Shown here: positions 52,381 through 64,000 of the stretch, piece by piece
Layout: every line of letters starts with the position of its first letter
Position numbering within the stretch: the stretch's first letter is position 1
Source of the DNA: Octopus sinensis
Lineage: Eukaryota
DNA length: 64,000 bases
Assembly (NCBI RefSeq): GCF_006345805.1
Contig: NC_043001.1
Location: 28,272,001-28,336,000 of the forward strand
Reading direction: 5' to 3'
The notes under the pieces: model-generated
Seen by the model: the letters and a program-made list of their open reading frames with translations, nothing else
What the model was told of the DNA's origin: nothing
The model's database searches: none
Program-made: the position numbers and the translations under genes

Positions 52381-53364
52381 TGTATGTATGTATGTATGTA
52401 TGTATGTATGTATGCATGTGTGTAATGTATATACACGTATGTATCTATGTATGTACGCTTGTATATATGTACACATGTATGTATGTACATATGCATGTCT
52501 GTACGTGTCTATATGAATGTATGAATGTATAAATGAATCGATACTTTATTATATATATATATATATATATACTGGCAGATACATATGCATACACGTACGT
52601 AGTTATGTAGTATGTGCATATGCATAATTTGAATGGTAGCATAATACAGAAATATGAAGGCGTATATATCGTATATATATTCGTATCTATATATGTATAT
52701 GTATACGCACATGAATTTACATATATACGTATATGTACACTGTACGTACACGATCTGTTTTTACTCAGGGACACTATATAGCAATGTATTGATTTTCTTT
52801 ATTTCATCAGTAGGCCTCATATTCAGAGGGAGCTGATGCGGGAATTTATAGCGTTCAGAAGCAAAACAGTTTCGGACCTGAGATTCGTACTCAGCTCATC
52901 TAGGATTTAATTCTTCTAATTGGCATTCGACAGGAGCGTGGCTCAGCGGTTAGAGTGTTCCATTCACTATCGTTAGATTGTGGGTTCGATTTGCGGACGA
53001 GGAGGCGTGTTGTGTTCTTTGAGAAAAACACTTCATTTCATGTTCTGCGGGTGGGAGAGTGGAAGAATTGTTGGCGCATTGACGGAGGTGCTTCACGGTA
53101 TATCTTCCAGCTCTCTAAATCCTGGGTGCACGCGCGTATACAACAAATACAATAAGATTATTAATCAACCCCAATAAATATAATTTAAACCAATGAATGC
53201 GTACATACAAACATACATATATACGTGTGTGTATTTTTTATCTTTTACTTGTTTCAGTCATTGGACTGCGGCCATGCTGTGGCACCGCCTTCAAGAATTT
53301 TAGTCGAATGAATCGAGCCCAAAACTTATTTCCTTATATATATATCTATCTATCTATCTATCTA

Positions 53365-53402
<38 letters not shown>

Positions 53403-53519
53403 CAGGTAGGCGCAGGAGTGGCTGTGTGGTTCCGGGTTCAGTCCCACCGCGTGGTCATTTACTTATATGTGGATTTGCTAGACGGAGACTGAAAGAAGCC
53501 TGTCGTATATATATATATA

Positions 53520-53895
53520 TGTGGAGGGTGCAATGGCCCAGTGGTTAGGGCAACAGTTTCGATTCTCGTGGTTTCGATTCTCAGACTGGGCGTTGTGGGT
53601 GTTTATTGAGCGAAAACACCTAAAGCTCAACGAAGCTCCGGCAGGGAGTTGGTGAACCCTGCTGTACCCTTTCACCACAACTTTCTCTCACTCGTTCTTC
53701 CTCTTTCTGTTGTACCTGTAACTCAAAAGGCCAGCCTTGCCACACTCCGTGTCACGCTGAATTTCCCTGAGAACTACATTAAGGGTACACGTGTCTGTGG
53801 AGTGCTCAGCCACTTGCACGTTAATTTCTCGAGCGGGTTGTTCCGTTGATCGGATCAACTAGAAGCCTCATCGTCGTAACCGACGGGGTGCCATG
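53520..53895 (+). mobile_element. tRNA SINE family D head and core with a family C tail
   Basis: D head and core, then gtcacgctgaatttccctgagaactac...gtcgtaaccgacgg. Confidence 0.85.
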
Positions 53896-54353
53896 ATGTG
53901 TGTTTGTGTGTGTGTGTGTGTATGTGTGTGTGTGTGAGTGAATGTGTATGGGTTTATTATTTAAGTCTGTGATTGTCCCTCGATTTGTTCGACTAAAGGC
54001 GGTGCACCAGCATGACCGCAGTCAAATGACTGAAACAACTAAAAGAAAAAAAGAAATATATGTATATATGTGTATATATATTTGTGCGTGTATATATATA
54101 CACACATACATATACACATATGTTACATGTATGTAAGCACGCATAGTTACGAACATATAATAGGTGTTTTTGTACAAAAAGAAAAAAGGAAGAAAATCAG
54201 CAATTAGTTGTACAAACAGTTAATTATGCATACGCAATTTTCAGCCACAATGTGTTGTCTGCTTCTGTCCAAAGTACGTATATAGTCGCTGCAGTTATAT
54301 ATCACACAATATACATACCACTTATACACACACTATGAAAGTTGAGTAGGTGC

Positions 54354-54413
<60 letters not shown>

Positions 54414-55779
54414 TTGAATATATTTACTTGGATACATATATCAATGCATAATTGCTCAGATATCCATTAAATAAATATATTCTTTTTTTTTCTTTTTTTC
54501 TAATCCTTTAAATATTATATCGTCTTTTTATCTAAACACTTGGAATGATTAACAACCAATTGCTTATCAATGATATTAATTGCAGCGACGTTCAACGAAG
54601 TGGGTTTTCAATCTGTCAAAATGCTAATGGCGTCGCTTCTCGCCACAGCCATATTTCCACTTCTACACGACAGCAAGCGTAGCTGTAGCACCAATGCCTT
54701 GATCACTTACTAACATTATTCTTATTGCTATCATCCCCACCACAAACGGGAACATCACTCCAACTATGGCTGCTATTGCTACCAAAACCTTGACTGGAAA
54801 TTCTTTCCAGCCTGGTAACTCTCAGTATCTCATTAGCAGCTTAGTGTTAATAAGCTAATTTGCTTAGCTCTTCATTTGTAGAGTATTTACTGAAGTAATA
54901 GGAAATGATTTTGTTTTTATACCTTTTACACTTTCCTCTGTTTCTGCCATAGTTTATATCTGCAGAGAGTTCTTAGTGTTTATAAGTGTTCTTGTTATTA
55001 ACGTTGTTGCTTATTTTTATTATTAGTAGACATAGAGCAATAATTTTCCAGCTTAGCTAACCGGAAAGTCATTTCCAGTTCTGACTATTAGCAACCAAAT
55101 AAGTTAGAAATTACATCGTAAGGTCAGTTTACTTTGCCTCCTATGGGAGAAGATTTCTACTTCCTCTAAACAATTCTATATTCAAACACTTTACGTCTAA
55201 TACTATTTCCCAAATAATATCAAATTATCTGCAGTAACCACATATTGGCACGCATTCGTTGGCGTGTTGTACAGATATACGACCTTATTCACATACAACC
55301 ACAAATAATCACGTAGAAACAAATGTGTATGAAAATGGGTCTCCCTCGTTTTAGACAATGAGCATTTAATTGTTTTATAAACATAACTATCTACTCATTG
55401 CATTTGAATGTAAGTGGGTGAATGCTCTTCAGATGTATGTACTCTTAATACAAACCTCAAGGAGAATCGGGGTTATACTGTGCGCTATAAGATTACACAA
55501 TTGAATTGCAGGTATATTCCATCTGAAAAGACTCCGTACAGTTTCTGATAACTGAGTTTCACTCAGAAGCCATAGGTTTACTAGAGATTGTGTTAAAATA
55601 AAACACTTGCCTAAGATGTCAAGCAGCAGCATTGAACTTAGGACTTCATAACTGCGATGTCAATTTCTTAAGCATGCAGGTATGCCAACTTCAAATCACA
55701 TCTGTTACAAATAAATACACACACATACTATAATACATGTGCTGAAGGGAAGATAATCTTCCCTCAGCTTAGTAAGAAA

Positions 55780-56607
55780 GAATAGATTGCTGATTTGGCT
55801 TTTGTGGTTGATATCACCACACACCTTCCGACCTTGAACCTCGTCCTACATGGTAAAGATAAGCTCTGCTATGAATTGTACAGACAATGTCTGCCTTCAT
55901 TGTCAGGTTTCGCCTTTGGAGGACACAAATTTCACGTGGCACAACGGCTCATTTCCCGTCACTTTCTGAACACAAGGACAACGGATCATATAATAATTAT
56001 AATAGGATCCCTAGTGACTTGACTGATGAATTTGATCCTCGCTTCGATGACATCAAGATTTCCCTACACTTGATTAAAACATTTTCAGCACCTGTTGGGA
56101 TAGATGTGGCTACCGCCCTTGACGAATTTCAAATGAAGTTCCTGGACTTGCAGTCAGACATGGAGCTCACATCCGCATTTATGTTTAGTCAACTACTTAA
56201 CTTCTGGACTAAAATCCTAGAGAAGATATACCCTAACTTTATTGTTAATGCATTGAAAAATACTTCTATATTTGGTTCAACATATGTATGATGCTGCACT
56301 TTTCAGCACGCTGGCGGATATCAAAACAATATTGCAACTGATTGACTGACCATCATCTCAATCAATATTTTTTTCGTACTGCCTCTTCCACCATGTGCCC
56401 TTCTTTTGGCAAACAGTTGAAAGTTGAAAGTAAAATCAATTTTCACATTAAATTCATCACTTAACTTTTTTTTGTTATTACGGTCTTCCCTCTATAAATA
56501 CATTTTTTTCATTATTTGTCGTGTGTTTTACTTTCTCTTGGTGCAGCCTCCTAGAAAATTCCAGACTTTGGATCTGGCCTGGATATTAAAATGGTTGAGA
56601 TCCACTG
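55780..56607 (+). mobile_element. hAT (Charlie/SPIN, GTF2IRD2-like) transposase 3' fragment with right TIR, pseudogenised
   Basis: DLAFVVDITTHL..LNL.L.GK, LWRTQI..HFPSL, EFD.RF.D, DLQSD, FGSTYV motifs; TIR reverse complement cagtggatctcaacc ending at 56607, followed by gtctaggt. Confidence 0.88.
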
Positions 56608-56659
56608 GTCTAGGTATTTGGTCAACTTTACCAGCAATCATAACGTTAGGCAAGCAAAT

Positions 56660-56870
56660 ATATCTATTTCTTTATTACCCACAAGGGGCTAAATATAGAG
56701 GGAACAAACAAGGACAGACATAGGTATTAAGTCGATTACACCGACCCTAGTGCGTAACTGGTACGTAATTTATCGACCCCGAAATGATGAAAGGCAAAGT
56801 CGACCTTGACAGAATTCGAACTCAGAACGTAACGGCAGACGAAATACGGCTACGCATTTCGCGTCGTGCT
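56660..56870 (-). mobile_element. SINE family B
   Basis: Standard body and tail. Confidence 0.85.
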
Positions 56871-57069
56871 ATAAACCGATAGTGATGGAACAGACTTAAT
56901 CATTGGAACATAAATGTTGCTGTTGTTGTAGCTATTGTTGTTGTTGTTGTTGTTTATTTCAATGTCAGCCTTCCTGGAGAAGGTTTATGATGAAGGCGTT
57001 CGAGCCATGACCATCCGTCTTTTTGCTCCATCAGTAATTACATATAGTCAAATTGCTCATTCGTTTTAA

Positions 57070-57289
57070 CCCTTTCGTTACCAACCCGGCCAAAACCGGC
57101 CCTGGCTCTGTAGTACAAATGTCTTGTTTTCATAAGTTTTGCATTAAAATCTTCCACCAAACCTTAGTCACAATTTATGTTCCTAACACTAGCTGAATGA
57201 TAACTAAGTTATTTTACTAAATTCTTTTTATATCCAAAGTTATTAAAAGAAACACAGAGCATCTCAAAATAAATACAGTAACAAAAGGG
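57070..57289. mobile_element. piggyBac-type MITE
   Basis: TTAA|ccctttcgttac ... gtaacaaaaggg|taga (decayed TTAA). Confidence 0.75.
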
Positions 57290-58411
57290 TAGACAGTAGG
57301 GCGAAGTTTTGAGGAATATTGCCAGATATTTGTTGGCAAAACGTATGACTAAGTAAAGGCTCACTGACTGTAGATTTTCTCAACTTAGAGCGGTTGAAAT
57401 TACTGGTTGTATCCAGACGTTGGGCATAAAAGTCAGCTGACATTTCGTGGTCGTTCACTAACGGAGTTTGTTCGGCCGACCGCTTAACTGCGGCAGCAAG
57501 TCTCCCGCGACGCCATTCAGTTTATAATACAGTTAAATATCAGTAATCACCATTTGTTTGTAGAACATCGAGAAAGGTATGTTGCTATGTTGTCTTCTCT
57601 TTATCTAGGCGAATGCGATGTTTCTTAACGACAAAGCACCCTGTGTTACCATACAACTTAAAAGTATATTGCAGTTTAATGAATTCAATTACGAAAACCC
57701 ATCAATGTTAATCAGTTGACTTAACATCAATAAACACAGAGTAAGTGGAGATTTGTGAGGACTACATACAACGAAAGTGGCTGTTAGAGTTCTTTTATAT
57801 GTAATCTTTTATTGTGCTTTCTTTTTTATTTGCTGTGCTTTATTTAGCTGAGCTGTTTGTTAGAAACTTTGGAATGCTTTTCCGAGGCACTTTTAGGCCG
57901 TAAAAGACGGTAATTTCAGTATTAAGAGACTAATTAGATTTGTTGGCAAAGAAATCAACGCCAGTTCATTGTTGTCTTGCAACGGCGTGCATATAAATAG
58001 TGAGGTACATGTTATATTATAATGTTGGCAGACACGTTGATGTCTTTTTTTTTTTCGAAGATCCTTGGTAATGTGTTGTTTTAAGGAAGTTACTACAGCT
58101 TTTGATCAGATATTTACAATATTGTTTATTTGGTTTTAAACTAGCCAGAAAGCCAATGTTCTCAAGAGAATACTACTGTTTATAGAAATCGATCATTGCA
58201 TTTATTATACTGCTTATTTTATCGACCCATAGGTAGGATGAAATGTCAACTGTAGTTCAAATTTGGATTTATAAAGAAAAAGTCGCCTGTTTGGAATTTC
58301 ATATTTCTTTTCAAAAGTATTATAGATATATTAGTGTTATAAAACAACCACAACCATGTCATTTTACCGACACAGTTTACTAACGTATGTCGCCACACTG
58401 TGAACGTTACG

Positions 58412-58479
<68 letters not shown>

Positions 58480-58505
58480 CATACATACATACATGCATAC
58501 ATACA

Positions 58506-58577
<72 letters not shown>

Positions 58578-58580
58578 ATT

Positions 58581-58801
58581 AGGCGGCGAGCTGGCAGAAT
58601 CGTTAGCTGGGCGACCTGCGTAACCGTATTTCGTCTGTCGTTACGTTCCGAGTTCAAATTCCGCCGAGGTCGACTTTGCCTTTCATCCTTTCGGGGTCGA
58701 TAAATTAAGTACCAGTTACGCACTGGGGTCGATGTAATCGACTTAATCCGTTTGTCTCTCCTTGTTTGTCCCCTCTGTGTTTAGCCCCTTGTGGGTAGTA
58801 A

Positions 58802-58805
<4 letters not shown>
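58581..58805 (+). mobile_element. SINE family B inserted in (TA)n
   Basis: Full head ggcggcgagctggcagaatcg and tail gtgggtagtaaaga. Confidence 0.88.
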
Positions 58806-58819
<14 letters not shown>

Positions 58820-58843
<24 letters not shown>

Positions 58844-59120
58844 ATCACGTGACCGACCAGACCATCAGATGTTCTTACACATCGCTGGTCACAATGCGTT
58901 CGCATTGTTTTAGCCTTCGAATGACGCCACTCCGCTGGCTAAGCGAGCAGGCCAACAGAAGAAAGAGTGGGAGAAAGAGTGGTGAAAGAGTACAGCAAGG
59001 AACACCACCCCCTGCCGGAGCCTCGTTGAGCTTTTAGGTGTTTTCGCTCAATAAACACTCACAACGCCCGGTCTGGGAATCGAAACCGCGATCCTGCGAC
59101 CGCGAGTCCGCTACCCTAAC

Positions 59121-59125
<5 letters not shown>
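58820..59125 (-). mobile_element. tRNA SINE family D, tail type 2
   Basis: D head and core; distinct tail ending ggtcacgtgatcacgtga(ta)n. Confidence 0.85.
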
Positions 59126-59197
<72 letters not shown>

Positions 59198-59787
59198 CCA
59201 TTGTGAAAGCTATCGAAAATATAATGTGTTTCGAGTCAAATTGGGTAAGTGTCCTCTGCTATAGTCACGAACCGAGCAAAGCATTGTGAGTGGATTTGGT
59301 AAATTGAAACTGAATGAAGCCTGTCATATGTGTGTGTGTGTGTGTGTGTGTATTTCTTTGTTTGTTTCTTTGTATCTGTGTGTCTTTTTTGTCAGTGTTT
59401 GTCTCTCACCACCGTTTGACAGTCAATATTGATATTACACCGCCTTAACTTCTCGGTTCGGCATTAGAGGTTAATCGAAAGAAAAAAAAAGCACTGTGGG
59501 TCAATCCATTCGACTAAAAATTAGACTGACTGCAGTCTCTGGAAGGAAGCAGGTAACAGATAAAAGATAAACGATAAAGGATACACAAATAATATTTCTA
59601 ATCTTTTCTGCATCTAAGGGTGATAACTCTGAAGATGTTTCAGCATTTTATGTCTACATCAGCGAAACATAGTTTTTATCGTACATGCAAATGTAGAGAA
59701 AGAAATATCCGTAAGCAGATATAAATAACTGTAGCTTAACTGACGTCAGAAAACAGAGTTTTTCAGTTATATATTTATATAACTAAA

Positions 59788-60178
59788 CTAGCAGTATCGC
59801 CCGGCGTTGCTCAGGTTTGTAAGGGAAATAACTATACAGCATTTTTAGAGAGTTATAGCCAAAACAATAGCAAAAAAATGCATTAAAAAAAGAAAAAATA
59901 TGATGGTAATTTTTTTTAAATCGTTGACTCATCGTAGACATTTTTAGAGAGTTACTTCCCTTTAAAAAAATATGCATGAAAATGGAAAAAAATGATGGTA
60001 AATTATTTTTAAAATCGTAGACTCATCGTAGACGCGCGCTAATACCCAGAAGGGCTCGATATGAATCACGACTATAAGATACCCGGTTTTGGTTAAACTG
60101 CACCGCAAAATGTGGGAGTAGTTAGGAATCTAAATCGAAGGGGACAGACACTCACACAACTACAGTTATATATATAGA
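59788..60178 (-). mobile_element. Non-autonomous Helitron, downstream copy of a tandem pair
   Basis: 5' TC at 60177-60178; 3' CTAG at 59788-59791 followed by T. Confidence 0.88.
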
Positions 60179-60684
60179 CTAGCAGTATCGCCCGGCGTTG
60201 CTCGGGTTTGTAAGGGAAATAACTATATAAGCATTTTTAGAGAGTTACTTCCCTTATAAATTCGGGCTTTCTTAGCCATTTTTGTTTTGGTGTCTTCAAG
60301 CCATGAAGTCGTTGTTCTAAAAGAACGCTGGTCTCCTTCACAACGCATTACGACGTTAATTTCTTTACACTCCCTTCCCCACAGCTTCACGAGGGAGGGA
60401 AGGGGGGGAAGCAAACAGGTGCAGCTGTGAGCGTGGACGCCAACTCCGCCGCCATCGACACACGATGCATTTTATGCATTAAAATGGAATAAAAAATGAT
60501 GTTAAATTATTTTAAAAATCGTAGACTCATCGTTGACGCGCGCTAATAGTCAGACGGGCTCGATATGAATCACGACTATAAGATACCCGAATTTGGTTAA
60601 ACTGCACCGCAAAATGTGGGAGGAGTTAGGAATCTAAATCGAAGGGGACAGACACTCAAACAACTACAGTTATATATATATAGA
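60179..60684 (-). mobile_element. Non-autonomous Helitron, upstream copy of a tandem pair, with an extra internal segment of about 200 bp
   Basis: 5' a|TCTATATA at 60684; 3' CTAG at 60179-60182 abuts the TC of the next copy. Confidence 0.88.
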
Positions 60685-60980
60685 TATCTGAAACAGTAGA
60701 ACATAAATCTATGATTTTTTTTAACCAATTCCTAGCCTACGCCTTCTATGCGCACTCTTATTTCTTTTATTTTAATAGAACAGGACTTTTTTTTTTTTCA
60801 TTATCACAATGCTATCACTGAAATAGCCTCGTCCCATCTCATCAATTAAATTTTCGGCTTCACTATTCACCACCACCACCACCACCACCACCACACAACG
60901 TCACTTCATTTATCCATTTATCTTCCTCGTATGCTTACAAGCGCCCTTTCTCCAAAATTTGACTTTACGACTTGTCTATC

Positions 60981-61500
<520 letters not shown>

Positions 61501-62366
61501 GAGGGTGATGAGAGATAGAGAGTGAGAGGGAGAGTGTATAAGATAGAGGGTGCTTCAGAACCCATATCATTAATTTTACTGCTATTCTCGAAGTCGAGTG
61601 AATATTCCATGTTTTCCGTATGTTTCTATCTTTCGTTACGCATTTGTTTCTTTATTCATCTCCTTCTTTGTATGCGTAGGCATGTATGCATGCTAACACC
61701 GTACGCACACGCACACACAAATATACACATACACACACACACACACACACAATGTGTAATTTCGTGTGTGCGCATGTGCGAATAGATCTTCGTTGCTGTC
61801 GTCCACGTTCGTTGTACTTTTGCAATTGCTTTATTTACGTATTTTTTTTTTTTTCATTTATGCATTTATTGATAAGATATGTTGACAAATTACAATGCGA
61901 ATTTCTTTTTCGGCATGGATTCACTCAGTTGAACACGCCTTGGTAACTGCTTGGCACCGGCAGGGTAAGAATCACTTCTGATTGAAGACGAGTCAGAATG
62001 GACGCACAGAAGATTAATAAGCAATTGCTGGAGCGAACGGACACACACACACACATACATACACAGACACACACATACACACACACAGGCATATATATAT
62101 ACCCACGCGCGCGTATACACACACACATATATATATGCTCAGGGTAAAAAGGAAGGCTATTGTATAAACCTAGAGAAAAACATTGTGTTTCACTGAAAAA
62201 AGCCGAGAGTAAGAAAAGGTTAAATACAAACGTATAAAATATATATATATATATATATACGTGATCATAAAGACGTAGAATATCAAAGCCGTGTATGCGA
62301 AGGCTTCTGAATGTAATTATGAGATTACCATGCATACACTTATGTACACACACAGGCGTATACTCA

Positions 62367-62410
<44 letters not shown>

Positions 62411-62963
62411 TATATATGTGTGTGTGTGTCCGTGTGTTATTGTCCGTGTGTGTTTTCATAAAATTTCCATTTCTTGTACAAACGTTATGCAATTACTTTC
62501 TGACAACTTGTCCTCCGAATTATTTTATCCTTGTACTCGTCACTGGAAGAAGGACACTACTGCTGGACATAAAGATGTAGTTTTCTATTTTGGTTGTATA
62601 AAATATCTACCATTTTACCTACCGTGCCTTAAATATGATACGAATTCAATTACTCATAGCATACTGTTTCATTTTCTACAATCTCCTCTAATGATAACGA
62701 ACAGACTTGACAGCTTCTCAGAATTCGTTCTATGAAATATTTCGTAAATCTTCGACATATTTGCAATTTATAGTATTATCCGCGTGTGTCTGTTTTTCGT
62801 TTATTTTCTATTTTCTTTCTTGATTCGTTTTTGGTGTTTTGGGGTATTGTTTTATTAATAAAGCAAAGGATTTATTTTATTATACTTTGAAAACAACAGA
62901 AGCTTAATTATGAAGATCACAACACAATACACTCTTTAAATTGTTAATTTCTTAGTCATCGTT

Positions 62964-63263
62964 TACCGTAAATCCTCGAGTATAATCCGCATTTTTTCCC
63001 CAAAATTTAACGGTCAAAATCCCTAGTGCGTACTATATACGAAGTTCAAAATGCTATATAACAGCTAAGGACATTACCATTATTGTATTACACATGCGCG
63101 GAAGTGTTTGTTCGACTAGGTGCTGCTGGCTTAATTACGCCCGACTCAAGTTACAGAAGGGGTGTGTATTATACACAAGATTTAGATTTTTCAGAAGTAC
63201 AGCTCCCTAAAAATCCCCTGCGTATTATACTCAAGGGCGGACTATACTCGAGGATTTACAGTA
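62964..63263. mobile_element. Tc2/pogo-type MITE
   Basis: TAccgtaaatcctcgagtata ... tatactcgaggatttacagTA. Confidence 0.88.
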
Positions 63264-63507
63264 TTTAACTTCATGCAGATAGACCCTGAAGAAGTTGCAC
63301 CGAAAATCGTGCCTGGTTGCATCTGCAACTGACTCGTGATCTATCGGGCGACTTTTAAGCTGGCTCCTGTGGAGGGCTCTTCATTGAGCCTTGAGCCCAA
63401 TAATGACACTTCATGCATTGAGTGCATATTAAATTTCATTAAACTTGACGAATATATTTCAAGCAATAAACATTTTTTATCAAAACAATGATATACACAC
63501 AAACATA

Positions 63508-63591
<84 letters not shown>

Positions 63592-64000
63592 CATATATAC
63601 GACGGGCTTCTTTCAATTTCCGTCTACTAAATCTACTCACAAGGCTTTGGTCGAGGTTGGTTGGGGGGGGGGGGGGCAATGTGGAATCAAAAGGATTTTT
63701 TGTTTCTGGGCTAGTCTGTCATGGTTCAGTGATTTTTGGGACTGATCTTAGAGGTCAGAATGTTATGACTGTGTGCGTCTCTGTGCATGTTTCTCTGTGT
63801 TTGTGTGTATATACATGTGCTTGTGTTTGTGTGTGTGAGCCGTTTTTGATTGGTCCCAGAGTTTATTGTGGCGTGTGTATATGGATATGTGTGTGTTTTA
63901 TATTTAGTAGGATGGTGTGTGTATATGTGTGCACGTTTCTTGAACCACCATTGTGCTGTACGTTCATTAGTGGTTCCTGGGCCAAACGTATCTTGATATC

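Noticed and set aside
54730-54830. Minus-strand TM-like exon WKEFPVKVLVAIAAIVGVMFPFVVGMIAIRIML with a GTAAGT donor
   Set aside because: Lies in low-complexity degenerate trinucleotide DNA that routinely gives hydrophobic frames, and its phase 0 end does not join the phase 1 exon at 46441
63290-63312. CTGAAGA...GAAA motif
   Set aside because: Stem II does not close on the base before GAAA, and there is no matching stem I or NUH site

Overview
AT-rich, microsatellite-dense animal genomic DNA, inferred to be octopus (coleoid cephalopod) from the tRNA-derived SINE families and the Dong/R4, Tx1 and Penelope content. No recognisable host protein-coding gene is present, and nearly all long ORFs in the track are microsatellite or SINE translations. 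The window is dominated by mobile DNA: three abundant tRNA-SINE families, 5'-truncated Dong/R4 LINEs in (TAA)n, a Tx1-clade LINE in (GATA)n, Penelope termini, non-autonomous Helitrons including an exact head-to-tail pair, piggyBac, hAT and Tc1/mariner/pogo derivatives, and an APE endonuclease fragment. Best second-look items: two Penelope-linked minimal hammerhead ribozymes (42915-42960 canonical; 14191-14226 with an A6U core variant), retroelement clades each sitting in a different microsatellite, SINE dimers with a fixed junction and shared TSDs, SINE tail swapping, and a low-confidence chain of small phase-compatible minus-strand exons. Repeat boundaries are approximate unless TSDs or termini are quoted.
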